From: an uncultured Poribacteria bacterium
Lineage (GTDB): Bacteria > Poribacteria > WGA-4E > WGA-3G
Reading direction: 5' to 3'
NCBI GenBank assembly: GCA_951813565.1
Contig: OX638351.1
Span: 1 to 64,000 of the forward strand
Length of the DNA: 64,000 nucleotides
Below are positions 48,524 to 58,349 of the stretch, piece by piece. A model generated the notes under the pieces. The model was given only the letters and a program-made list of their open reading frames with translations, was not told where the DNA came from and did not search any database. The position numbers were made by a program, and so were the translations under genes. Numbering within the stretch: the first letter of the stretch is position 1; every line of letters begins with the position of its first letter.

Positions 48524-49264
48524 ATGTTAACAATTTCTGAAAAGTCTCAACTCGACCAAAACGGTTTTCTGCTTTTGAAAGATGTGGTCTCTGTGTCCAC
48601 AGTATCTCAACTCCGAGAACGCGCTTTGGAACTTGCCATAGCGGAACAAAAGACAGGTAAAAGCCATACCTATTTGCCAAACGGAACCGCACAACGTGTC
48701 TGGAATCTAATTGACAAAGGCGAGATATTTGAAGAGGCTATCCAACACCCTCAAATGCTCAATGCCATGGAATATCTACTCGGTTCAGACTGCACGCTGA
48801 GTTCATTCACAGTAAACATTCTTTACCCAGGCGCACCAGATGCGGGGCTACATATTGACTATCCGTTATCCGCACTTCCGACACCACGTCCCAATTTCCC
48901 TATGGTTGCAAATAGCGTCTGGTTTTTAGATGACTTTACAACTGAAAACGGGGCGACCAGCTGTGTGCCGGGTAGCCATCGAAGACTTGAAGCATTACCA
49001 GAAGGCGGCGTTGAATACGAAGACGAACAGCAAATTTGTGGCATCCAAGGTTCAGTACTAATTGTGAACGGTGCAGCTTGGCACGGTTCCTCCGAAAATA
49101 GAAGTGATACACCAAGAGTTGCGTTACTTGGTTTCTTCTGCCGTTCTATTTTAAAACCTCAACAAGATCATCTGAAGATTGTATCGGATGAAGTCATTGA
49201 ACGTGCAACGCCGACATTAAAACGTTTACTCGGTCTGAATTCATTACCAAGTCTTAACGCGTAA
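48524..49264 (+). CDS. Phytanoyl-CoA dioxygenase (PhyH) family protein
   Basis: LHID, ENGATSCVPGSH, WHGS..N...R. Confidence 0.9.
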   Translation: MLTISEKSQLDQNGFLLLKDVVSVSTVSQLRERALELAIAEQKTGKSHTYLPNGTAQRVWNLIDKGEIFEEAIQHPQMLNAMEYLLGSDCTLSSFTVNILYPGAPDAGLHIDYPLSALPTPRPNFPMVANSVWFLDDFTTENGATSCVPGSHRRLEALPEGGVEYEDEQQICGIQGSVLIVNGAAWHGSSENRSDTPRVALLGFFCRSILKPQQDHLKIVSDEVIERATPTLKRLLGLNSLPSLNA

Positions 49265-49373
49265 GAACGGTTTTCGACTATCGCTTGCACAGTTCCCTAT
49301 TCTGCAGGCGCGCTATTCTACCCATTCTGTAAGCACGCTGTTTCAAAGTATCTGGATAATACCTTCTCAAATC

Positions 49374-50387
49374 TTACGGCGCAATCTTACTTTCTTCTGC
49401 CATAAGTATCCATTCAGGTTCAGATGTTTTTGGTGTAAGTTGATATCGAAGACGGGCCCTGAGTGTGTCACCACTGCTAACATTAAAAACAAACGTTCGC
49501 TTCTCATCAGGTTTAAGACGGTTTCGCCTTTTTTCAGAGATTAAAACCTGCTTTTTCTGATTCTGTGTCCCATTAGGCGCAAGGTGCATTACATCAAGAA
49601 CGATGATACGTAATGTCCCACCCGGTAAGAGGTGGCCCGCTTTGTTCTGAAGGGTCACAGTCGCTTTCTTATCCGCAAATTCAATTTTAAGTGCTGCAGC
49701 ATTTTTTAGCTGTGTGACGCTGCGGCTACCGCGCCACGTATGTTTCCTTCCAGTGATACTTTCGTAACTTGCTGTACTTTGTAACCGACTGACAAGCGGC
49801 ATGTGGCATGTAGCACAACTCTTGTTTTCAGTCGCGAATTTACTCTTGAGAAAACTGGATACCTGATCGTGTTCAGGGACGCTCGGTTGTCCATGACACG
49901 TAGCGCAAAGTTTTGTCGATTCTTTATAGATAGGGTTAGTTACATTTGCATGAAAATTGGTCTCGGCACTTGCCGGAGGACCTTGCATCGCACCATCCGA
50001 ATCGAGGTGGCACACAAGACATGAAACGCCAGAGTCACGTTGCACGTTACGCAATTTTGGCATTTTCCCAATACCTGTAACGAGGATTGGTTTTGGTGCA
50101 TGGCACGGATCACAACTTTTTTCTCTGCCAGCAACCTGTTTTGCTGCTTCCTGATATATTTCGTCTACCCATGCTTGCGCGTGTATCGATTTTTCCCATT
50201 CACGCCAAATTGCTGGGTGGCAACTTTTACACTTGCCATCCTTAAACGCTTGATACATCTCCTTATGTTGATTCTCATCACTCTCTACATCGGATATAAA
50301 GTTTCCGAAGAATACTAAAACACTCAATCCTAATAGAGATAGACACAACCCCAAGATGCATCGTCGAAAATTTAAAGTATAACGCAT
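49374..50387 (-). CDS. Membrane-anchored multiheme cytochrome c (5 CxxCH)
   Basis: CKSCH, CDPCH, CLVCH, CATCH, CATCH; N-terminal hydrophobic helix; WEKSIHA. Confidence 0.88.
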   Translation of the reverse strand: MRYTLNFRRCILGLCLSLLGLSVLVFFGNFISDVESDENQHKEMYQAFKDGKCKSCHPAIWREWEKSIHAQAWVDEIYQEAAKQVAGREKSCDPCHAPKPILVTGIGKMPKLRNVQRDSGVSCLVCHLDSDGAMQGPPASAETNFHANVTNPIYKESTKLCATCHGQPSVPEHDQVSSFLKSKFATENKSCATCHMPLVSRLQSTASYESITGRKHTWRGSRSVTQLKNAAALKIEFADKKATVTLQNKAGHLLPGGTLRIIVLDVMHLAPNGTQNQKKQVLISEKRRNRLKPDEKRTFVFNVSSGDTLRARLRYQLTPKTSEPEWILMAEESKIAP

Positions 50388-50396
50388 CTCTGTTCC

Positions 50397-51827
50397 CTAT
50401 ATTGTATCAAGTAGTTTCAATGCTGCTTGCTCACCGCTGTGTATACAATCTGGAATACCGATGCCGTGGTACGCATTGCCTGCTAAGGCGAGACCGGGCA
50501 AGCCTTTCGCGAGTTCATCAATTTCACGGACAAGTTTTTGGTGTCCAACCAGATATTGTGCCATCGCTTGTGAATGTTCACTAACAAGAAAAAAAAGAGG
50601 TTCCTTTTTGATTCCAAGCAATTTCGATACATCCTTTAATGCAGAGGAAACTAAATCTATTTGTGTCCTATTTTTATTCACATTATTTGAAAAAGTGTTT
50701 CCGCCTATAAATACGCGTAATAGCACGGAGTTCATAGGCGCGCGATTTTCAAATTTAACGCTGCTAAATGAACACCCAACGAGGTTAAGCTGTTCTGTGA
50801 TGGGAACAACAAACCCCATCCCATTGAGCGGGTGAGAGATATCCTCACGACGGAAAGCTAAATTAACTGTTGCAGATGATGTATAAGGAATCGCAGAGAG
50901 TTTTTTGGCAAGCGGCGGTGCAACCTCAGACAAAATATTGCTTGTTCGTGGTGCGGGCAACGCAATGCAGAGTAAGTCTGATTCTAACACTTCGCCATTT
51001 TCAAGGCAAACGCGCCACCCCTTTTTATTTTCTTTTTCTTCAATAGTGCCTACACAGGATAAAAAACGGATACATTCCGCGAGTTTTGCGGCGAGTGTGT
51101 CTACCAACGTCTGCATCCCGTCTGCAAAAGATAAAAATAGACTATAACGTGCCCCGCTTGTCCCACGGCTTGCTTGGGTGGCTTTCCGTTTTTGTGTTAA
51201 GAGTGCTTTGATAATGCTGCCGTGTTCTTGTTCCATTTCCAAGAATCTTGGAAACGTCGCTTTGAGACTTAGATTTTCTGCATCCGAGGTGTAGATGCCG
51301 CCTATCATCGGTTGTGCCATCCGCTCAAACGCCTCGTTTCCGAGTCTGCGTCTAACGAAATCTGCAACCGATTCATCATCTATACCGCTGCGAGGGGAAA
51401 TAAAAAGGTCAAGTGCTATACGGAGTTTACCCGGTAAACTGAAGATAGGGCTTTTTAAAAAAGGCCCGAACGATCCCGGTGCCATCATGTAAAAACCTTC
51501 AGGGACCGGTAGTAGTTTCCCTTTACGGAGGACAAAACTCCGTCTTACCTTTGGGTTAGTGCCTATCAGTTTATCTGTAAGACCGAGCTCTTCACACAAC
51601 GCTTTTGCCCACGGTTTTGTTGTGATGAAGGCATCAGGACCGTGCTCTATGATGAATCCATCTCGGTGTTCCGTTTGAATAACACCGCCTACTCTGTTGC
51701 TTGCTTCAAGCAGACTAATCTCAAGAGGAATCTCCCTATTTTCTGCTTCGCGTTTCAGACGATAAGCAGCAGCTAAACCTGTGATTCCGCCGCCGATAAC
51801 AATTGCACGTTTCTGCTCCTGCGCCAT
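50397..51827 (-). CDS. hemY: HemY-type FAD protoporphyrinogen/coproporphyrinogen oxidase
   Basis: IGGGITGL, EHGPDAF, GGIY, GNAYHGIGIPDCI. Confidence 0.93.
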   Translation of the reverse strand: MAQEQKRAIVIGGGITGLAAAYRLKREAENREIPLEISLLEASNRVGGVIQTEHRDGFIIEHGPDAFITTKPWAKALCEELGLTDKLIGTNPKVRRSFVLRKGKLLPVPEGFYMMAPGSFGPFLKSPIFSLPGKLRIALDLFISPRSGIDDESVADFVRRRLGNEAFERMAQPMIGGIYTSDAENLSLKATFPRFLEMEQEHGSIIKALLTQKRKATQASRGTSGARYSLFLSFADGMQTLVDTLAAKLAECIRFLSCVGTIEEKENKKGWRVCLENGEVLESDLLCIALPAPRTSNILSEVAPPLAKKLSAIPYTSSATVNLAFRREDISHPLNGMGFVVPITEQLNLVGCSFSSVKFENRAPMNSVLLRVFIGGNTFSNNVNKNRTQIDLVSSALKDVSKLLGIKKEPLFFLVSEHSQAMAQYLVGHQKLVREIDELAKGLPGLALAGNAYHGIGIPDCIHSGEQAALKLLDTI

Positions 51828-51874
51828 CAGAGTATTCCTTAGAATGCAAACAGGTTAGTACTTAAAACGTAATC

Positions 51875-52819
51875 CTACTTATCAGACTTTTCACACACAA
51901 AATCTGCTAACATATTAATGAATTTTGGATGGTCTCCAACAGTCCCAGCTCGAATAAAATCAATTCCGCATGCTTCCGCTGTTTCCTTTGCCTCCATATC
52001 TAAGTCATATAGAACCTCTACGTGGTCGCAAAGAAATCCGATGGGGGACGCTACGACAGTATCAACCCCTTCTTCTTTTTTGGCTTTAAGCCAATCGTTG
52101 ATATCGGGCTGTGTCCATGGGATAGGGCTATTTTCGACCTCGCTCTGGTATGCTAAACTGAATTGTCTTTTGCCTATCTTTTGTGCCACAGCTTCAGCTG
52201 TTTTTTCAAATTGTTTTGAGTAAGGTGAGGTATCCGCTGCTTTTTGCGGAATTGCATGTGCCGTAAAAACCAGTTCGGCACGGTCTAACTTGTCACTGCA
52301 TGCGGTTTTGATAATCTCAGCGATCGCGCCAACATATCCGTTATGGGTATACCATTGATCGAGATAGTCAATAGTCGGCTTTTCACCTTCAACTGCTTCA
52401 ATGCCTTTCTTGACGGTCTGTTGGTACCATTCCCAGCTAACTTTGGCTCGGTGGGGTGCCATAATAATACCAAGCATTTTGCGATGTCCCTTTTGTGTCA
52501 TTTCAGCGATGACTTCATTTAAATAAGGAGTCCAATGTCTGAATCCAGCATAAACAGGTAACGGTAAGTCACGCTGTTGCAATGCGTTTTGTAATGCTTT
52601 GGCTTGTTTGAAAGTCAATTCGTTAAACGGCGAAAAACCTCCTAATTTAACGTAATGGGTGGAGATGTCTTGGACGCGTTCTTTTTCAGATTCTGCTTCA
52701 CCGGCAATTCCTTCAACAAAGCAGTATGCCTCACCGGGGCAGTTTTTGGTATCATATTTTTTACAGCATCCAGGGGTTGGACCACCGAATGCTACAAGTA
52801 AAACGCTATCGTATTTCAT
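51875..52819 (-). CDS. hemH: Ferrochelatase with N-terminal four-Cys insert
   Basis: AFGGP, GGFSPFN, FTAHAIP, AYQS, WTQPD, PIGFLCDHVEVLYDLD. Confidence 0.93.
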   Translation of the reverse strand: MKYDSVLLVAFGGPTPGCCKKYDTKNCPGEAYCFVEGIAGEAESEKERVQDISTHYVKLGGFSPFNELTFKQAKALQNALQQRDLPLPVYAGFRHWTPYLNEVIAEMTQKGHRKMLGIIMAPHRAKVSWEWYQQTVKKGIEAVEGEKPTIDYLDQWYTHNGYVGAIAEIIKTACSDKLDRAELVFTAHAIPQKAADTSPYSKQFEKTAEAVAQKIGKRQFSLAYQSEVENSPIPWTQPDINDWLKAKKEEGVDTVVASPIGFLCDHVEVLYDLDMEAKETAEACGIDFIRAGTVGDHPKFINMLADFVCEKSDK

Positions 52820-52827
52820 TTTGCCTC

Positions 52828-54285
52828 CTATGCCATATTGGCAAATTGTGCGGGCATAAAACTCGGATCAACAGCAATTGCTTGTGCAAATGCCTCACGA
52901 GCAAGTGTCTCATCAGAATTTGTGCGATGTGCTAAACCGATGGAAAAGTAGGCTTGCGCAAGTTCTGTGCCCTCAATTCCACAGACTAATGCCTTATAGA
53001 TTGATTCCATACCGGGGGTGGGATCATCACCATTTCGGTAGGCAGAGAAAATGTAGTTGGACCCGCGCAAAAGGTGAGCTGGCGCATAATCGGGGTTCAA
53101 TTCAAGTGCGACATTGAGTGCATTTTTTGCCGCAAAGAAAAAATCACCTTTCTCAAGTACGCTCGACACAGTACGAGATGTTTGTATGAGTAGGTTTGCG
53201 TATTCTGTCCATGCTTCTGGAAGATTGGAGTATTTTTCAGTTGCAACTTTCAAAATGGCGATGGCTAATCCCAAGTCATTTCCTTCTGCGACTTCTTCTG
53301 CAGTTTCGCGATATGCCGCAAAGTCTTGCAGTTCCTGTATCCGTTGGTCAAGCACTTCTGTATCTACTGCCGGAATTGCGGACGGTTTGAAGTGTTGCCA
53401 TCCTGGTTCCGGGTCATCAATCAACCCACGATATACACGCAGAATAGCATAGCGAGGAGTTCCCCAGACTTCAGCAATATCGCGAATCCAGTTCGGCATG
53501 TTGGTTTCCATGTCAGTTAGCAATTCTGCTAAATACATGTCTTGTTCAACCCGTTTTCGGACTTCTGTTAAGAAATAGGATTCAATTTTGAGCAATAGGT
53601 CAATTTCGGCATCGTGTGCTAAAGGTCCGTGTCCGGGCAGCACATGATCTGGTGTGTATGTGCGTAGTTCTTGAATTGTATTTATCCAATCATGGTTTGC
53701 CATAAGTCCTTCATTCATTACGGGTTGTCCAAAAATAGGAAAACTACCTGTCATCACTGTATCACCAGAAACGATGCATCCCTCTGCTGGAATCCTGATG
53801 GCAGTCGCGTCATCTGTTTCTGCTTTTCCTAAATGAACGAGATGCAAAGGTTGATTACCTAAATCAAGTTCGGTTTCGTGGGTGAATGTCTGCTGTGGCA
53901 AAAATGGCGGATCGCCAAGGGTGAAACCACGAGAACGGAGAAAATCTTCTTGGCGCGGTGCTCTGTTCACCATAAAGTCCTTTGTCATCTCGCGTGCGAC
54001 AACAGTTGCACCTTCTTGGCGAAAAATTATGTTCCCGTTTGTATGATCCCAATGATAATGCGTGTTAATTGCATAGAGAATCGGCTTATCTGTGATAGTT
54101 CGAATTGCTTTGAGAAGTCGTCTCCCCATCATCTGATTTACCTGCGTGTCAATTACCGCAACCCCGTTATCTCCTATTATAATAGAAGAGTTGACAATAT
54201 TGCGAAACAGATATACTCGATCTGTCACCTTAACAAGTTGTCCATATTGACGTGGTGCGAAAGGGTTTTCTGAAATGTTTTGCAT
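52828..54285 (-). CDS. MBL-fold metallo-hydrolase with C-terminal TPR repeats
   Basis: THYHWDH, SGD, PGHG; TPR-like helices; ATG overlaps hemE stop (TGATG). Confidence 0.85.
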   Translation of the reverse strand: MQNISENPFAPRQYGQLVKVTDRVYLFRNIVNSSIIIGDNGVAVIDTQVNQMMGRRLLKAIRTITDKPILYAINTHYHWDHTNGNIIFRQEGATVVAREMTKDFMVNRAPRQEDFLRSRGFTLGDPPFLPQQTFTHETELDLGNQPLHLVHLGKAETDDATAIRIPAEGCIVSGDTVMTGSFPIFGQPVMNEGLMANHDWINTIQELRTYTPDHVLPGHGPLAHDAEIDLLLKIESYFLTEVRKRVEQDMYLAELLTDMETNMPNWIRDIAEVWGTPRYAILRVYRGLIDDPEPGWQHFKPSAIPAVDTEVLDQRIQELQDFAAYRETAEEVAEGNDLGLAIAILKVATEKYSNLPEAWTEYANLLIQTSRTVSSVLEKGDFFFAAKNALNVALELNPDYAPAHLLRGSNYIFSAYRNGDDPTPGMESIYKALVCGIEGTELAQAYFSIGLAHRTNSDETLAREAFAQAIAVDPSFMPAQFANMA

Positions 54286-55373
54286 CAACTATCCTGATAT
54301 GTTTTTGCGATATGGACGAAATGTTTGACGTTTTCAAATGGTGTATCTCTATGAAGTCCATGGCTAAGGTTTAAAATATGTCCTGTCTTTCCACCCTGTT
54401 TTATGCAAGTGCTTACTGCTTCTTGTATGTCAGCAAATGTGCCATCGCGAAGAATATCGTTATCAACGTTTCCCTGAAATGCTACGGAACCGCCTATTTC
54501 AGTTTTGGCTTTTTCAAGGTCTACACATTTTCCGATACTCAATACATCCGCTCCACTTTGGTGCATTAAATTAACGAAAGGACACTCTTTTGCAAAAAGG
54601 ATTCCTGGTGCATCTGAATTGAGTTCAGCGAAAATCCGTTGATGATATGGAAGCGCGAAATTTTCATACATCTGCCGCGATAGCACATCCGCTATTGACT
54701 CAAAAAGCTGCACAATCTGAGTACCTTGACTGATCTGGTAATTCAGATAGTTAATCGTCATTTCAGTTAATTTATTTAACAATTGGTGTAGAAGCTCTGG
54801 TGCGTCTTCCATCATTTCAAAGACAGGAGTTGCTTTTTCCGATATGCCAGCACCTCTTTTCATCGGGCTTTCTCCTGCTATCAAAAAAAAGGCGAGTGTT
54901 AATGGGGCACCCGCAAAACCGATAAGCGGCAGTTCTCCATTCAACGTCTCACGCAGTGAACGAATTACTTGTCCAGTGAACTCTAATTGTAGGTGTGGAT
55001 CATTCAGTGGTGTAAGTGCGTCTATCTGTGATTGTGTTCGTATCGGTGGGTTTAAAACTGGACCGGGTAAAAATCGGAAATAAGCACCCATCGGCGCAAG
55101 CGGTGTGAGAATGTCTTTATAAACAATTATAGCATCTACACCGATGCGCTTGGGAAGAAGTGAAATTTTTACTGCCCATTCTACATCTGTGTCCGACATC
55201 GGGGAGGGACAGGTTCGGAAGAGGCGTTCCAACGGAAGGTCAATTTTTTGTCGAATTTCCCGATAAAGGGGGTCCGATCTACCTGCTTGTCGCATCATCC
55301 ATACAGGCACACGTCCCACCGGCAAATATCTTGACGCGCGCAGAAGTAAGTCATTTTTTAATTGTTGTTCCAT
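54285..55373 (-). CDS. hemE: Uroporphyrinogen decarboxylase
   Basis: PVWMMRQAGR, PLIGFAGAP, QGNVD, HILNLSHG. Confidence 0.95.
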   Translation of the reverse strand: MEQQLKNDLLLRASRYLPVGRVPVWMMRQAGRSDPLYREIRQKIDLPLERLFRTCPSPMSDTDVEWAVKISLLPKRIGVDAIIVYKDILTPLAPMGAYFRFLPGPVLNPPIRTQSQIDALTPLNDPHLQLEFTGQVIRSLRETLNGELPLIGFAGAPLTLAFFLIAGESPMKRGAGISEKATPVFEMMEDAPELLHQLLNKLTEMTINYLNYQISQGTQIVQLFESIADVLSRQMYENFALPYHQRIFAELNSDAPGILFAKECPFVNLMHQSGADVLSIGKCVDLEKAKTEIGGSVAFQGNVDNDILRDGTFADIQEAVSTCIKQGGKTGHILNLSHGLHRDTPFENVKHFVHIAKTYQDS

Positions 55374-55398
55374 ATTAATAAGGAATAACTGCTTTACT

Positions 55399-56163
55399 TT
55401 ACCGTGTTTTTAAGCGGGCAAGTTCCTCTCGGAGTCGTGAGGCTTCCGCTTCAGCTTTCTGTCGCGCCTCAGCTTCATGTTGGACACGCGTTTCAGCTTG
55501 TTCGGCACGCGTTTCAGCTCGTTCAGCACGCGTTTCAGCTCGTTCGGCACGCGCTGTCGCTGCGTCAGCAGGAGTCTGCAGCTATTTCCCCGCAACCGGC
55601 TCGTAAACCCCAAGCCCATCATTCAGTAAATGAAAATTCAGGTTTAATACCTCAGAACGCAATCCATCATCAACGTCTGGGGAAACTTCAATATAAGCAT
55701 CCTCAACAAGTCGAAATCCCATCAAGGGTGTTGGTAAATAACGTCTATCAACATCATAGAGGAAGTACTCCGGAATTCCCATTGCAGCATAGTGCGCGAC
55801 TTTCCCCTCTAAATCATTTCGATAGGTGCGTTTGCTTGAAAACTCCATTACGAAATCAGGAGCCTTGCCTTCCTCCCATACCTTGTAGGTACGGCGTTCT
55901 TTCTGTCCTATCCCGAAAGAGACAAGAATATCGGGAAACACAGCAGTTCGAAGAGGGCCCTCAATGTCGTACATCATGATATTGCCGGAGATATAGACTT
56001 CCGGTCTCTGCGCAAAATGCCCCTCAAGGACTTGCCGCAGCCAGATTATCCACTGAATGTGGAGATCGGTATCAGCCATAGGTTTACCATCCGATTCAGG
56101 GTAGAGATCTGCCGTTTCTGTCGGTGCGTAAGGCATTTGGCGCACGTTTGGATAACTTTCCAT
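55399..56163 (-). pseudogene. Uma2 family endonuclease interrupted by in-frame TAG before its coiled-coil tail
   Basis: YPESDGKPM, PD, PDFVMEFSS, EYFLYD; TAG at 55582-55584 then the same frame continues LQTPADAATARAERAETRAE..LARLKTR*. Confidence 0.8.
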
Positions 56164-56257
56164 CGGTGTCCCTCCTAACCATAAGGTTACGTGATTCATC
56201 AAAAGTGTCTAACGTTACATGTAGACAATTTAGTTCTCGATTTTACGAGAGGTTCCA

Positions 56258-56599
56258 TCAAGATAAACCTCTCTTCTGACGCCGTTCCAAAAACTGCCGT
56301 AGTTTCGCAAAACTCTTAACGTTTTTCATAATTCTACCGCTTTCTCGCTCTTCAAGATAGAGTAAAAACCCCATGAGATAGAGGCTCACTAAAAACAGTA
56401 GAAAACCAGTTATGCACTGTGCAATCGCACGATAATTTAGTTTTAAACCGAGGTAAGGGGTGACAACTACGTCGTCGACGGTCGCAGCAGATGGGTTCTG
56501 CTCAGGCCACTCAACCGATACAAGGTCACCCCACCCCGTTATTCCGAGCGATAAAAAAACGATTGATAAGGCAAAAACGATAAAAAATGGGATACCCAT
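56258..56599 (-). CDS. Hypothetical two-TM membrane protein
   Basis: 113 aa, two hydrophobic segments, co-oriented between ADH and Uma2. Confidence 0.6.
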   Translation of the reverse strand: MGIPFFIVFALSIVFLSLGITGWGDLVSVEWPEQNPSAATVDDVVVTPYLGLKLNYRAIAQCITGFLLFLVSLYLMGFLLYLEERESGRIMKNVKSFAKLRQFLERRQKRGLS

Positions 56600-56615
56600 G
56601 TTAGATACCGAAATC

Positions 56616-57686
56616 TTAAGAAGAAACTTTTATCAATCCTTTGGTGCAGCGGTCTTCTCGATTACAAACCTTTGTGATTCCTTCAACAAGTGATTCAAGT
56701 GGAAATTCGTGACTAATGATTTTGTCCATGTTTACATCGCCACTGGAAATGAGTTGAACTGCCTCTTCCCATGTATCGGGTGCTAACCATGAGAACCTTA
56801 TGGTCTTATCCATAAGGATCGTGTCAAGAATTGGAACCTGCATTACATCTTTATCACCAGGAAGACCAAAAATAACGACAGTTGCGTGTCTCCCAGTAAC
56901 TTCAAGCGCAGTATGGATTGCATCAAGCGAGCTCGTGGCAGTAATAGCACGGTCAGCCAATTCACCGTTATTGAGTTCCTGAATTGTTGCGCCAAGGTCT
57001 TCAACGTAGTGTGGAGAGTTGGTATCGCTGACATTCACAACTAAGTCTGCACCGAGTTCCTTACCGCATTCCAAACGATAGTCGCGAGTTCCAACCAACA
57101 ACACGTTCTTCAAGCCACGACTTTTCAAAACTTGTACCATCATCAAACCGATGGGACCGGGACCGAAGACAACAGCAGTTTGTCCTTCTTCAGCATTAAG
57201 ATTGTTAACGGCGTACAATCCGCATGCGAGAGGTTCAGTGAGTGCTCCCTGTTCATACGTGACGTTTTCGGGTAGTTTTACCGTCCAACGGTAGTCAGAA
57301 ACAGCGTATTCCGCGAAGCCACCATCAACACCCACACCTAAGATACGTTTTTCGGGACATAGGTTGGACAGTCCTTTTTTGCTCCAAAAAGAATTCGGGT
57401 TGGATTGCACTGGATTCACAACAACTCTGTCGCCGACTTTAAATCCGCCTGTCTTTCCTGCTTCACTTCCTACTTCAACGACTTCGCCAGTAAATTCGTG
57501 TCCGAGAATAAGCGGTCCTTTGCCATCGTCTGTTTCAAGGGAACTATTACCGAAATAGTATGCTACATCCGAACCACAAATGCCCACTGAACGAACTTGA
57601 ACTAACAGGTCTGCGTCACCAGCTGTAGGCACTGGTCGATCTTCAAGACTCATTGATTCAGGTTCATAGAAAATTTGAGATTTCAT
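56616..57686 (-). CDS. Zinc-binding (MDR) alcohol/polyol dehydrogenase
   Basis: GICGSD, GHEFTG, EPLAC, GPGPIG; AGGAGG RBS. Confidence 0.92.
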   Translation of the reverse strand: MKSQIFYEPESMSLEDRPVPTAGDADLLVQVRSVGICGSDVAYYFGNSSLETDDGKGPLILGHEFTGEVVEVGSEAGKTGGFKVGDRVVVNPVQSNPNSFWSKKGLSNLCPEKRILGVGVDGGFAEYAVSDYRWTVKLPENVTYEQGALTEPLACGLYAVNNLNAEEGQTAVVFGPGPIGLMMVQVLKSRGLKNVLLVGTRDYRLECGKELGADLVVNVSDTNSPHYVEDLGATIQELNNGELADRAITATSSLDAIHTALEVTGRHATVVIFGLPGDKDVMQVPILDTILMDKTIRFSWLAPDTWEEAVQLISSGDVNMDKIISHEFPLESLVEGITKVCNREDRCTKGLIKVSS

Positions 57687-57785
57687 TATATACCTCCTTA
57701 ACTTTTATGAATACCGTTAGTTTAACGTGAGTTTGATAATTAGACCTAAATGTAGATGTCCGTTGGGTAGAGCGAAGCGAAACCT

Positions 57786-58122
57786 ATAGGCGTCAATTTA
57801 GTGCCTGATTTTCTTGTGGGAGGGCTTTCTAAGCCCGATATTGTGAGGCTCAAACCGTTATATCGGGGTTGAAAACCCGACAAATGCCAAAAAGCGCATT
57901 TGGCGTTGATTTGGCAGCATGCCAAACGCGCATGCTGCGTTGATTTGGACAAATGCCAAAAAGCGCATTTGGCGTTGATTTGGCAGCATGCCAAACGCGC
58001 ATGCTGCGTTGATTTGGACAAATGCCAAAAAGCGCATTTGGCGTTGATTTGGCAGCATGCCAAACGCGCATGCTGCGTTGATTCGCTCCCACAATAGGAT
58101 ATATTCTAAAATTGACGCCTAT
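57786..58122. mobile_element. Inner MITE (ATAGGCGTCAATTT TIR) inserted in a REP
   Basis: 14-bp perfect TIR; flanked by duplicated GTAGAGCGAAGCGAAACC (57767-57784, 58125-58142). Confidence 0.75.
57879..58083. repeat. Three perfect 69-bp tandem units, each made of two related hairpin+GTTGATT half-units
   Basis: Units start at 57879, 57948, 58017. Confidence 0.92.
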
Positions 58123-58349
58123 GAGTAGAGCGAAGCGAAACCCAACAATTCAACCGTCTTGGAAGTAATTTAAAGTTGAGTTTCACTCATTTTCCTGTTA
58201 TTTCGGCATCAAATGGAGAAAAAATCTCTCTTTTATGTCCGATTTTTTGTTTATTCCGTTCTACCCAACGGACAGTGGTTATTGAATTTTATTATCAAAC
58301 TCACGTTAGTTTAGCATAGCTACCTTAAATTTACAATAAATTAATAGAC

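Larger units (their letters stand above)
57725..58306. mobile_element. MITE (ACGTGAGTTTGATAAT TIR) carrying nested elements
   Basis: Perfect 16-bp TIR; 7-bp direct repeat TAGTTTA at 57718-57724 and 58307-58313. Confidence 0.85.

Noticed and set aside
55410..55622. 70-aa ORF NELKRV repeat; frameshift or pyrrolysine interpretation of Uma2
   Set aside because: The tail is in the same frame as Uma2 after a TAG; no pyl genes are seen and TAG is a normal stop elsewhere in the window
57879..58083. Possible CRISPR array (34-35-bp palindromic units)
   Set aside because: No unique spacers (strict ABABAB), no cas genes in the window, and it lies within nested MITEs
57746..58097. Four Cys-rich ORFs over the 69-bp repeat
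   Set aside because: The unit length is a multiple of 3, so several frames stay open; no RBS; better explained as non-coding repeat
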